Shown here piece after piece: positions 43,803-51,189 of a stretch of DNA of 63,115 nucleotides. The notes below the pieces were generated by a model. The model was not told the DNA's origin and ran no database searches. It worked only from the letters and a program-made list of their open reading frames with translations. The DNA lies in IMG/VR virus record IMGVR_UViG_3300036715_000947, positions 1 through 63,115 of that record; one strand, 5' to 3'. Source of the DNA: a virus. Lineage: Duplodnaviria; Caudoviricetes. Each line of letters opens with the position of its first letter. The stretch's first letter is position 1. The translations under genes and the position numbers were made by a program.

Positions 43803-44615
43803 ATGAATCTCCAGGTCATCACGGACAAGAGCGGGATCATCCTCGGATGGTCGCCTACCCAGGCCGATGCGAAGAAGGCGGCGAAGACTCTCGGGGGCGA
43901 GGCGTCTCCCATGGAGGTCGGAACCAGCAAGCCCGATCTCCTCGCTTTCCTCCAGAAGTACTGCACCGGCGTCCACGTGACGAAGGGCGCGAAGGTTCGC
44001 GCCGACATCGTTGCGGGGGATGCCGCCAAGAAGGACAGCGATGCGTCCGGGACCATCGAAGAGCGCGTGACGAACCTCGAAGAGGCCCTCGCAGCTACTC
44101 AGAAGGAGTTCGCTGAGGTCATCAACGAGATCCGCACCGCGCTGCCCCACGAGGACGAGGAGGAGGACGAGGAGGACGAGGAGGACGAGGAGGACGAGGA
44201 GGACGAGGAGGACGAGCAGGACGAGGAGGACGAGGAGGACGAGGAGGACGAGGAGGACGAGGAGGACGAGGAGGACGAGGAGGACGAGGAGGACGAGGAG
44301 GAGGACGAGGAGGAGGACGAGGAGGAGGACGAGGAGGAGGACGAGGAGGACGAGGAGGAGGACGAGGAGGACGAGGAGGACGAGGAGGACGAGGAGGACG
44401 AGGAGGACGAGGAGGACGAGGAGGACGAGGAGGACGAGGAGGACGAGGAGGACGAGGAGGACGAGGAGGACGAGGAGGACGAGGAGGTGAAGCCGAAGCG
44501 CGGTGCTGCGAAGAAGCCCGCCGCGAAGCCTGCGAAGAAGCCCGCCGCCAAGGCCAAGAAGCCCGCCACCAGGTCCAAGCAGCCCGCCCGTGGGCTGGCG
44601 CGTCGGCGCCGGTAG
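43803..44615 (+). CDS. highly acidic protein with a ~110-residue Asp/Glu tract and a KPAAK-type basic tail
   Basis: N-terminal domain, (EED)n, then KPKRGAAKKPAAK...RRRR; downstream hairpin. Confidence 0.85.
   Translation: MNLQVITDKSGIILGWSPTQADAKKAAKTLGGEASPMEVGTSKPDLLAFLQKYCTGVHVTKGAKVRADIVAGDAAKKDSDASGTIEERVTNLEEALAATQKEFAEVINEIRTALPHEDEEEDEEDEEDEEDEEDEEDEQDEEDEEDEEDEEDEEDEEDEEDEEDEEEDEEEDEEEDEEEDEEDEEEDEEDEEDEEDEEDEEDEEDEEDEEDEEDEEDEEDEEDEEDEEVKPKRGAAKKPAAKPAKKPAAKAKKPATRSKQPARGLARRRR
44151..44487. repeat. (GAGGAGGAC)n coding microsatellite
   Basis: Near-pure 9/12-bp units with a single CAG interruption. Confidence 0.95.
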
Positions 44616-44640
44616 CTGACGGAAGCACAGCGTGAAGAGA

Positions 44641-44666
44641 GCGGCCCGGTCCATGCACCGGGCCGC
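44641..44666 (+). terminator. hairpin GCGGCCCGGT-CCATGC-ACCGGGCCGC
   Basis: 10-bp perfect stem after the stop; weak U-tract. Confidence 0.55.
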
Positions 44667-44689
44667 TTCATCTACCCAAGAGGTGTCCA

Positions 44690-45070
44690 GTGCCTAGCCT
44701 CTACAAACTCAAGCACCAAGCGTTCGCCATGGCACGCGCAAACGGTCACTGCTTCTCACAGTACCATCGAGTAGGGCGGATGTGGGTGGCCGAGTGCGTT
44801 TGGTGCGGGCGCATGGTGCTAGTCACTACCGATCCAGTGCCGGGTGTTCCACACATCATTGGTGAGGTGGTGGATCTGAAGTGCCCGGCCAAGCACAAGA
44901 AACCGTGCGTCAAGTTTGCAGCAATAAAAGATGGGCGCGGCCTCCCACAGCGAAGACTCTACAAGCACTACGCAGCGTCCAAAGACGGTCTTCACTGCAT
45001 TGACTGCGGGACACTGCTGGACGACCGAGGAAAGTGTGCGTGGTGCTATGGCAGGGGAGCAAATGAGTAA
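44690..45070 (+). CDS. Cys-rich hypothetical protein
   Basis: GAGGT SD; several CxxC pairs. Confidence 0.6.
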   Translation: MPSLYKLKHQAFAMARANGHCFSQYHRVGRMWVAECVWCGRMVLVTTDPVPGVPHIIGEVVDLKCPAKHKKPCVKFAAIKDGRGLPQRRLYKHYAASKDGLHCIDCGTLLDDRGKCAWCYGRGANE

Positions 45071-45398
45071 AACGTATTACGAGATCATCGGTGTGTACCC
45101 GTGTGCAACCAAGCTGGAGATACGTGACGCGTACTGGGACAGGGCTCGGAAGATGCACCCCGACATGTTCCCCAAAGCAAGCGCAGAGGAGCTATTCAAG
45201 ATCACCACGAAGTTCACGCGCCTGACAACGGCCTACAGCGTTCTCAGTGATGCCAAGGCGCGGGCCAAGTACGACCATCTGCTAGCTCTCAAAATGCGCC
45301 CGTGCAACAAGTGCAGGGCCACGGGAGTTAGGTACAACATCCACAACAGACCGGCGCCGTGCGCCGAGTGCCTCGGAAGGGGATACCATGACCGCTGA
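45063..45398 (+). CDS. DnaJ (J-domain) protein with short zinc finger
   Basis: YYEIIGV...EIRDAY...ARKMHPD...AYSVLSD..RAKYD; CNKC.ATG, CAECLGRG. Confidence 0.88.
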   Translation: MSKTYYEIIGVYPCATKLEIRDAYWDRARKMHPDMFPKASAEELFKITTKFTRLTTAYSVLSDAKARAKYDHLLALKMRPCNKCRATGVRYNIHNRPAPCAECLGRGYHDR

Positions 45399-45624
45399 AC
45401 AGTGCTCCAATCCTGCATGGGACACATACCCGCCTCTCTCGCTCTCCCACGCAGCGTTCCACATCAACGTGCCGGCCCCGCTCTTCGGACAGCCGCCGTC
45501 CGCGTTCACCGCTCAGTGTGAGTACGTGCGTATCTATCTCGGCGGCGCCAAGGAGCCCGTCTTGCAGGAGAACAATCCGCAAGGCATCTTGCCGTGGGAC
45601 TCCCCTCTGCGGGACAAGCCATGA
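45388..45624 (+). CDS. hypothetical protein
   Basis: Fills the gap with coupled start and stop. Confidence 0.45.
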   Translation: MTAEQCSNPAWDTYPPLSLSHAAFHINVPAPLFGQPPSAFTAQCEYVRIYLGGAKEPVLQENNPQGILPWDSPLRDKP

Positions 45625-46589
45625 GCAGGCTGTTGGACATCACCGAACCCATGACGGCGGCGCGTGGGTTCGATCCTGACAAGCCCAAGCATCGCAAGAT
45701 GCTGGAGGACATGCTGCCAGTCTACGCGTCGTTCAAGATAGATGGCGTAAGGGCCACAGCTATCGGAGGAGTGCTCCTCGGTAGGTCCATGAAGCCCATA
45801 CGGAACAAGCACACACAGAGCATGTTTCGTAATTTGGAAGGACTTGACGGGGAGCTTGTATGTGGGCGACCCAACAGTCACGACCTCTGCCGCAACACAT
45901 CCAGCGCAATCAACTCCATCGGTGGCACGCCCGACGTGCGGTGGTTCGTGTTTGACCACACGTCAGAGGGCGGGTACTCGCAGAGACGTAAGGCGATGCT
46001 GGCCGTGTGTGCGAAAGCCATGTCACCGGTGGTTGTGCTGAAGCAACACCTGTGCTCCTCAGTGGAGGAGGTTCTTGAGCTTGAGAAGGAGGCTCTCAAA
46101 AAAGGGTACGAGGGGCTCATCATTCGCAGCGCCAACGGGCTGTACAAGAGCGGGAGATCGACCATCAAGGAGGGATACCTGCTGAAGCTGAAGCGGTTCA
46201 AGGACGCCGAGGCAGAGGTGATCGGTTTCGTGGAGCTTATGCACAACCTCAACGAACAGGAGGTGTCGGAGACGGGACGCACGAAGCGATCCCACAAGAA
46301 GGAAGGCATGGTGGGCGGCGGCACACTGGGAGCGCTGAAGGTGCGCGACCTCGAAACCGGTCAGGAGTTCGAGGTGGGCACGGGGTTCTCCGCCGACGAC
46401 CGCCAGTGGTGGTGGAACAATCGCCACACGCTCGAAAAGACGATCATCACCTACAAGTACTTCCCACAGGGGGTGAAGGACAAGCCAAGGCATCCGGTGT
46501 ACAAGTGCATCCGGCATCCAGAGGACATGCCAGTGACAAAGAAGACGGAGAAGAAGGAGGCCATGCCATGGCGATCGTCAAGAAGCTGA
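45621..46589 (+). CDS. lig: ATP-dependent DNA ligase
   Basis: KIDGVR (motif I), LDGEL, FVFD, GYEGLIIR, LLKLK, VGTGF, PRHP. Confidence 0.93.
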   Translation: MSRLLDITEPMTAARGFDPDKPKHRKMLEDMLPVYASFKIDGVRATAIGGVLLGRSMKPIRNKHTQSMFRNLEGLDGELVCGRPNSHDLCRNTSSAINSIGGTPDVRWFVFDHTSEGGYSQRRKAMLAVCAKAMSPVVVLKQHLCSSVEEVLELEKEALKKGYEGLIIRSANGLYKSGRSTIKEGYLLKLKRFKDAEAEVIGFVELMHNLNEQEVSETGRTKRSHKKEGMVGGGTLGALKVRDLETGQEFEVGTGFSADDRQWWWNNRHTLEKTIITYKYFPQGVKDKPRHPVYKCIRHPEDMPVTKKTEKKEAMPWRSSRS

Positions 46590-47080
46590 AGAAGGCGAAC
46601 AGCGAAGAGAAGCCACTGAAGGAAAAGAAAAGTGTCTTCGTCGGTGGAGCACGCGAGGTCAAGAAGCCTGCGAAGAAAAACGTGGTGGAGGGTGTGGTCA
46701 TCCCCGACACAGCGGCAGAGTGTGCAGACCTTCTGTACAAGATGCGGGAAGAGCGACTCGCCATCGAGCGCAAAGCAGCACGTGTCGGAAAGGTGGAGTC
46801 TGTTTTGAAGGAGAAGCTCACCAACATGCTGCCGAAAGACAACGCCACGGGCGTACGCGGCCACGTGGCACAAGTCACCATCGACCGCCCGCTCAAAGCC
46901 ACAGTAAGGGACTGGGACAAGGTGTTCGCCTACGTGAACAAGCACAAGGCGTACGACCTCCTTCGCCACCAGATCAACGATTCCGCCGTCATCGCAAGGT
47001 GGGAGAACGGTGAGAAGGTTCCTGGTGTGGAGAAGTTCTACGCCACGTCAATCCATTGCACGAAGATCGGAAAGAAGTAA
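46568..47080 (+). CDS. conserved phage hypothetical protein
   Basis: AAGGAGG SD; V.DWD.V..YV....AYDLL...VPGV. Confidence 0.7.
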   Translation: MAIVKKLKKANSEEKPLKEKKSVFVGGAREVKKPAKKNVVEGVVIPDTAAECADLLYKMREERLAIERKAARVGKVESVLKEKLTNMLPKDNATGVRGHVAQVTIDRPLKATVRDWDKVFAYVNKHKAYDLLRHQINDSAVIARWENGEKVPGVEKFYATSIHCTKIGKK

Positions 47081-47118
47081 CCAGTAGGCGCGTGCCGATT
47101 TCAAGGAAAGGACAGGTG

Positions 47119-47337
47119 ATGTCGTTCGTATCCGCAAGATTGGTGGAGCGAGTCCGCGAAGTAAGTAAACGTGACGGAGGCAGTGGTCCGCTCCGTGTGT
47201 CGACGTACATGGCGGCGCTGGACATTCTGGAGGTGGTGCGCGAGGAGTGCCGTGTCGAGGACGTGTTCACCGACGCACAGATACGGGACTACATCAGGCG
47301 CACAGCGGAAATGCCGCCGCTTGACTTGCCACGTTAG
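47119..47337 (+). CDS. hypothetical protein
   Basis: AGGA/AGGT SD; 72 aa. Confidence 0.5.
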   Translation: MSFVSARLVERVREVSKRDGGSGPLRVSTYMAALDILEVVREECRVEDVFTDAQIRDYIRRTAEMPPLDLPR

Positions 47338-47350
47338 TGAGGCGGCTGAC

Positions 47351-47671
47351 GTGGGCATCTACATCAATCCACTGGACGGAACCTCCAAGGAAGAGTTCTT
47401 GGTGAAGCACGGTCGAATGGTGAGCGCCATCGATGTGATCACCTTCGACTACACCAAGCGCGAGACAGAGCTTCCGGTGGTGCTCGTGGACAACGGAGCA
47501 TTCACCGCAGCATTGGTTGCCTATTGTGAGCGCGAGGCATGGCGCGTAGTCGTGGGCGTGTCTGATCGTTACGCGCTGTATTACGTGGTTCCCACGCACC
47601 ACATTGTCGACACACCCAGGACAGGAATACTTCGCTCCACGCTTGACCAAGCCTTTGCCATCCCGTCATAG
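47351..47671 (+). CDS. hypothetical protein
   Basis: G.YINP...KEEFL..HG, LPV.LVDNG.FTAA. Confidence 0.65.
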   Translation: MGIYINPLDGTSKEEFLVKHGRMVSAIDVITFDYTKRETELPVVLVDNGAFTAALVAYCEREAWRVVVGVSDRYALYYVVPTHHIVDTPRTGILRSTLDQAFAIPS

Positions 47672-47705
47672 AGGCGGGCTCTAACCACCACTACAGGAGG
47701 AACCA

Positions 47706-48788
47706 ATGGTTCCCGGCACACCAATCCCCGACTTCATGCGCGGAATTATCCGCGACGCGCAGGACAAGCGCGACTACGTTGTCCCGGCGCAGTATGTGAC
47801 CGTAATTGACCCCGACCTCAACGTGTCGTGGGACGGCGGCCACACACAGGCCAAGTTCAACAAGCACGCCGAGGGTCAGCTTATGACCTACCTCGGCATT
47901 CCGCAGCGGTTCGTGGAGCGTCTCCGCGAGGACGCGCCCGATCTCATCCAGATCAACGCCAACCGCCTTCTGGAGAACAAGGGTGCCGACGGGCGCATGA
48001 TACGGGAGCTTCGCGGAACCGTGCGTGCGTGGCTGAGCAGCCAGTACAGGCGCCTCGACAACGAGGACGTGGCCGAGCGCGTCATGCCCATGCTGGAGGA
48101 CAACCACTACATTCTCCGTTCGGCCAGCGTAACCGACACCCACCTCTACCTCCACGCCGTTTCGCCACATGCTGAAGGAGAGGTACGCGTCGGCGACCCT
48201 GTTCGCTTCGGGTGGATCATCTCCAATTCCGAAGTGGGCTCCGGCTCCCTCAGCATCCAGCTTTTCGTGGAGCGCCTGCGGTGCCTCAACGGAATGGTAC
48301 TCCCCGAGTTCTCGAAGCGGCGGGCACACATCGGAGGGCGCTCACTGGCAGCCGTGGGCGTCGACAGCTACTTGGTGGCACCATCCACCGAGACTCAGCG
48401 AGCCTCTGACGAGGCCCTGTGGGGTGGCGTGCGAGACCACATCGCCGAGTTCATGCGCCCCGGCGGCACGCAGCGAGTTCTTGCACGAATGCAGGAGAGC
48501 GCTGAACTCCCCATCACCGGGGACCCCGCCGCCGTGGTGGCACAGCTTTCAAACACGTTCAATCTCCGCGAGCACGAGTCGAGAAGCATCCTCTACAGCT
48601 ACCTCGAAGGCGGCGATCATACGCGATGGGGCCTCAGCAACTCCGTAACACAGGTGGCCAACACCATCGGAGGCGACGGCGCGGCGGACTATGACCGAGC
48701 CGTGGAACTGGAGCGCATCGGCGGGGAACTTCTGCTCCTCGGTGCATCCCGCGAGTGGAAGGCCATCGCCGAAGCCACTGCTCGGTAG
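47706..48788 (+). CDS. DUF932-like protein
   Basis: RAWLSSQYRRLDN, ISNSEVGSGSL, RLRCLNGM, WGLSNSVT.VA; AGGAGG SD. Confidence 0.8.
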   Translation: MVPGTPIPDFMRGIIRDAQDKRDYVVPAQYVTVIDPDLNVSWDGGHTQAKFNKHAEGQLMTYLGIPQRFVERLREDAPDLIQINANRLLENKGADGRMIRELRGTVRAWLSSQYRRLDNEDVAERVMPMLEDNHYILRSASVTDTHLYLHAVSPHAEGEVRVGDPVRFGWIISNSEVGSGSLSIQLFVERLRCLNGMVLPEFSKRRAHIGGRSLAAVGVDSYLVAPSTETQRASDEALWGGVRDHIAEFMRPGGTQRVLARMQESAELPITGDPAAVVAQLSNTFNLREHESRSILYSYLEGGDHTRWGLSNSVTQVANTIGGDGAADYDRAVELERIGGELLLLGASREWKAIAEATAR

Positions 48789-48796
48789 GAGGCGCC

Positions 48797-48997
48797 GTGG
48801 ACATCCATAGCGCTAAGGACAAGGTTTTTTGCTTCACAACATACTGGGCGCTTTGTCTTGCAGCAGCAGCTATTGCGGCGGCGCTTGGCGTGGTGATGAA
48901 GACGTGGTGGAACAGCGTCAAGACCGGCGGCACGTGGCACTTCGTCACTTCGCCGCCGCCGAAGTACGAGAAACCCACACAGGGAAGGAGGAAGTGA
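48797..48997 (+). CDS. small membrane protein
   Basis: AGGAGG SD; one TM segment. Confidence 0.55.
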   Translation: MDIHSAKDKVFCFTTYWALCLAAAAIAAALGVVMKTWWNSVKTGGTWHFVTSPPPKYEKPTQGRRK

Positions 48998-49230
48998 TGT
49001 TGTGGAGGTCGCCGAAGCCCAAGCCAGTGGTACGCGAGCTAACACGCTCGGAACGGTACGAGCGCATGGCATACCTGCGCTACGAAAAGAGGAGGGTCGC
49101 CGCTCTGAAGTCAACAAGGTTCCAGGACATGCAGGCGTGGGAGATCAATCTCCAGGAAGCATATCGGGTGAGGTACGAGCGCATGATGGGTGATACCTTC
49201 GAGGGTGCCATCTACGGACGACTGTGGTAG
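48997..49230 (+). CDS. hypothetical protein
   Basis: AAGGAGG SD; TGATG coupling. Confidence 0.6.
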   Translation: MLWRSPKPKPVVRELTRSERYERMAYLRYEKRRVAALKSTRFQDMQAWEINLQEAYRVRYERMMGDTFEGAIYGRLW

Positions 49231-49283
49231 ACGCCACCTAGTAATACAATGGCGTAAGTCGTGACATATCCGTCGAAAAAATG

Positions 49284-49312
49284 TTGAAAACCTAGCGGTA
49301 TCGTGGTACAAT
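49284..49312 (+). promoter_or_regulatory. sigma70-type promoter TTGAAA-17-TACAAT with extended -10 TG
   Basis: Near-consensus boxes, upstream A-tract. Confidence 0.75.
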
Positions 49313-49358
49313 TAACAATCGGCGGCGATCCGCCGACTTTTCAGAAAGAGGTGCAGGT

Positions 49359-50321
49359 GTGAAGCATGTGTCGGGTGTTCCTGACCGCGTAACCGAGAAG
49401 CATGACGCGGCTGTTGCCAGTGGCAAGGTGCTGAAAAAGAAAAAGCGGCATTCCGACGAGACGGAAGCGCCCAGCACCGTGAAGCGGCCCAAGATGGAGG
49501 TCCGCTCCTACGACGAGCAGATGGCAAAGCTCGCCGCTCGTCAGAAAAGTGCCGAGAGCAAGGGCGGCACCAATTTCATCTCTACCGCAGGTGGGCACTT
49601 CTCCATCAACGACAAGCGCGTCAAGGGCGACGTGCTTCGCGGTGTCATCGTGGACAGCATTTTCTCGAACGTCTACTACGACAAGGAGTGGAAGCCAGGT
49701 GTGAAGGCCACTCCCTCGTGCTACGCCTTCAGCTTCGAGGAAGAGGGCCTGCGCCCTCACAAGGATGCACGCGAGAAACAGTCGAAGACGTGCGAGGACT
49801 GCCCTCTCAATGCTTTCGGCACGGCGCGTGTGGGGAAGGGCAAGGCGTGCAAGAACCAGCGCCGTATCGGGATCATTCTCGAAGACGACCTGGAAGATCC
49901 GCGTGCACCGGTCTACCTCCTCAACGTGGCCGTCACGTCAACAAAGAGCTGGAGGGAGTACGTACGCGCAATCACTTCCGCGTACGACAAGCCCACGGCC
50001 TGCGTGCTGACGGCTATCTCCATCGACACGCCGGAGGACAGGACTACCGCCGAGTTGTCGTTCACGTTTGAGCGCGAGCTTGAGCCTGATGAGCTTGACA
50101 ACGTGCTTCCGCGCCAGCAGGAAGTTGACAACATGCTGACCGTGCCGTTCCCCGTCTTCGATGACGACAAGAAGAAGGGCTCGAAGGCGGGTCGTGACAG
50201 TGACGATGATCACCAGAGGAAGTTTGCCAAGGGTGGCAAGCTCTCCTCCGCCAAGGCCAGCGCTGGACCGTCCGGCATCGTCAAGAACAAGGTCAAGAAG
50301 CCGTCGAAGTTCGTCCGCTAA
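49359..50321 (+). CDS. putative ssDNA-binding / replication accessory protein
   Basis: NVYY...P.CY, C.DCP.N.FG....GKACKN.RR; located upstream of the polymerase; function inferred. Confidence 0.5.
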   Translation: MKHVSGVPDRVTEKHDAAVASGKVLKKKKRHSDETEAPSTVKRPKMEVRSYDEQMAKLAARQKSAESKGGTNFISTAGGHFSINDKRVKGDVLRGVIVDSIFSNVYYDKEWKPGVKATPSCYAFSFEEEGLRPHKDAREKQSKTCEDCPLNAFGTARVGKGKACKNQRRIGIILEDDLEDPRAPVYLLNVAVTSTKSWREYVRAITSAYDKPTACVLTAISIDTPEDRTTAELSFTFERELEPDELDNVLPRQQEVDNMLTVPFPVFDDDKKKGSKAGRDSDDDHQRKFAKGGKLSSAKASAGPSGIVKNKVKKPSKFVR

Positions 50322-50378
50322 GCACGGACAGCACACCACCATTGCCGGACGCTCCGGCATTCTACAGAAGGAGCCAAC

Positions 50379-50702
50379 ATGGCCCGCATCACCAAGGAAG
50401 ACATCGCGGCTATCCGCGCCGACATCAAGGAGTACAAGGAGCAGGCCAAGGCGTTCACCAAGAGCGCCGTCGCCGCCTGCAAGGAAGAGGAGGCCGCCTA
50501 CCGCATCCTCGACCGCGCCAAGGCCGCGCTTTCCAAGGCCATCGACCGCCTCGCCGCCCAGCGCCAGAAGGACAAGGACAAGCGCGCGCGGGACAAGGCC
50601 AAGCGTGCCAAGAAGAGCACGAAGCAGCGGGTGAAGCGCACGACCAAGGCCACCAAGCGCCCCGCCAAGGCCGCCAAGCGCCCCGCCAAGGCCAGTGAGT
50701 AG
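50379..50702 (+). CDS. basic coiled-coil protein with Lys/Ala-rich tail
   Basis: AAGGAG SD; high codon bias. Confidence 0.75.
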   Translation: MARITKEDIAAIRADIKEYKEQAKAFTKSAVAACKEEEAAYRILDRAKAALSKAIDRLAAQRQKDKDKRARDKAKRAKKSTKQRVKRTTKATKRPAKAAKRPAKASE

Positions 50703-50719
50703 CTGGCAGCCCACCGACC

Positions 50720-50751
50720 GTCCGGCTACGCGCTATCGAGCGTAGCCGGAC
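50720..50751 (+). terminator. 12-bp stem hairpin GTCCGGCTACGC...GCGTAGCCGGAC
   Basis: Intergenic inverted repeat. Confidence 0.5.
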
Positions 50752-50770
50752 ACTCTGAGAGGACAGTGAG

Positions 50771-51169
50771 ATGACCGCCAAGAAGAAAGTTCCCGCCGAA
50801 GATGGCGCCAACAAGGCCCCCAAGAAGACGGCCCCCAAGAAGACGGACCCCAAGAAGGCTGTCAAGAAGTCCACGGACGCAACCAAGGAAACCAAGGCCA
50901 CCGTTACCGCAAGCGCAGCGGGACCCAAGCCCGCCCCCGCACTCGCCCGCAAGCAGGCCGGTGTGCGTGTCGAACTCCTCGACAACTGGATGGCCCTCAA
51001 CACAGAGGCCAAGGACATGACGGAGAGCGAGTGCCTCGCCCTCATCACCGCCGAGCGCGAAGGCCGCTGCCGCCCCAACGTCATCCTCCGGCTTCATGGC
51101 CGGTACAACAAGGTACGCGGTGCCCGTGAACGCACCGAGTTCATGCAGCCCATCGGCAAGAGGAAGTAG
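50771..51169 (+). CDS. hypothetical protein with Lys-rich N-terminus
   Basis: W.ALN...E.E...LI.AE..GR.R....RLH.RY..R..RER. Confidence 0.75.
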   Translation: MTAKKKVPAEDGANKAPKKTAPKKTDPKKAVKKSTDATKETKATVTASAAGPKPAPALARKQAGVRVELLDNWMALNTEAKDMTESECLALITAEREGRCRPNVILRLHGRYNKVRGARERTEFMQPIGKRK

Positions 51170-51189
51170 CACACCAAGCCCCGCACCAT

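Noticed and set aside
43800-44671. Poly-Leu/Val, poly-Ser and poly-Pro/Arg ORFs on the minus strand
   Set aside because: Alternative readings of the GAGGAGGAC microsatellite
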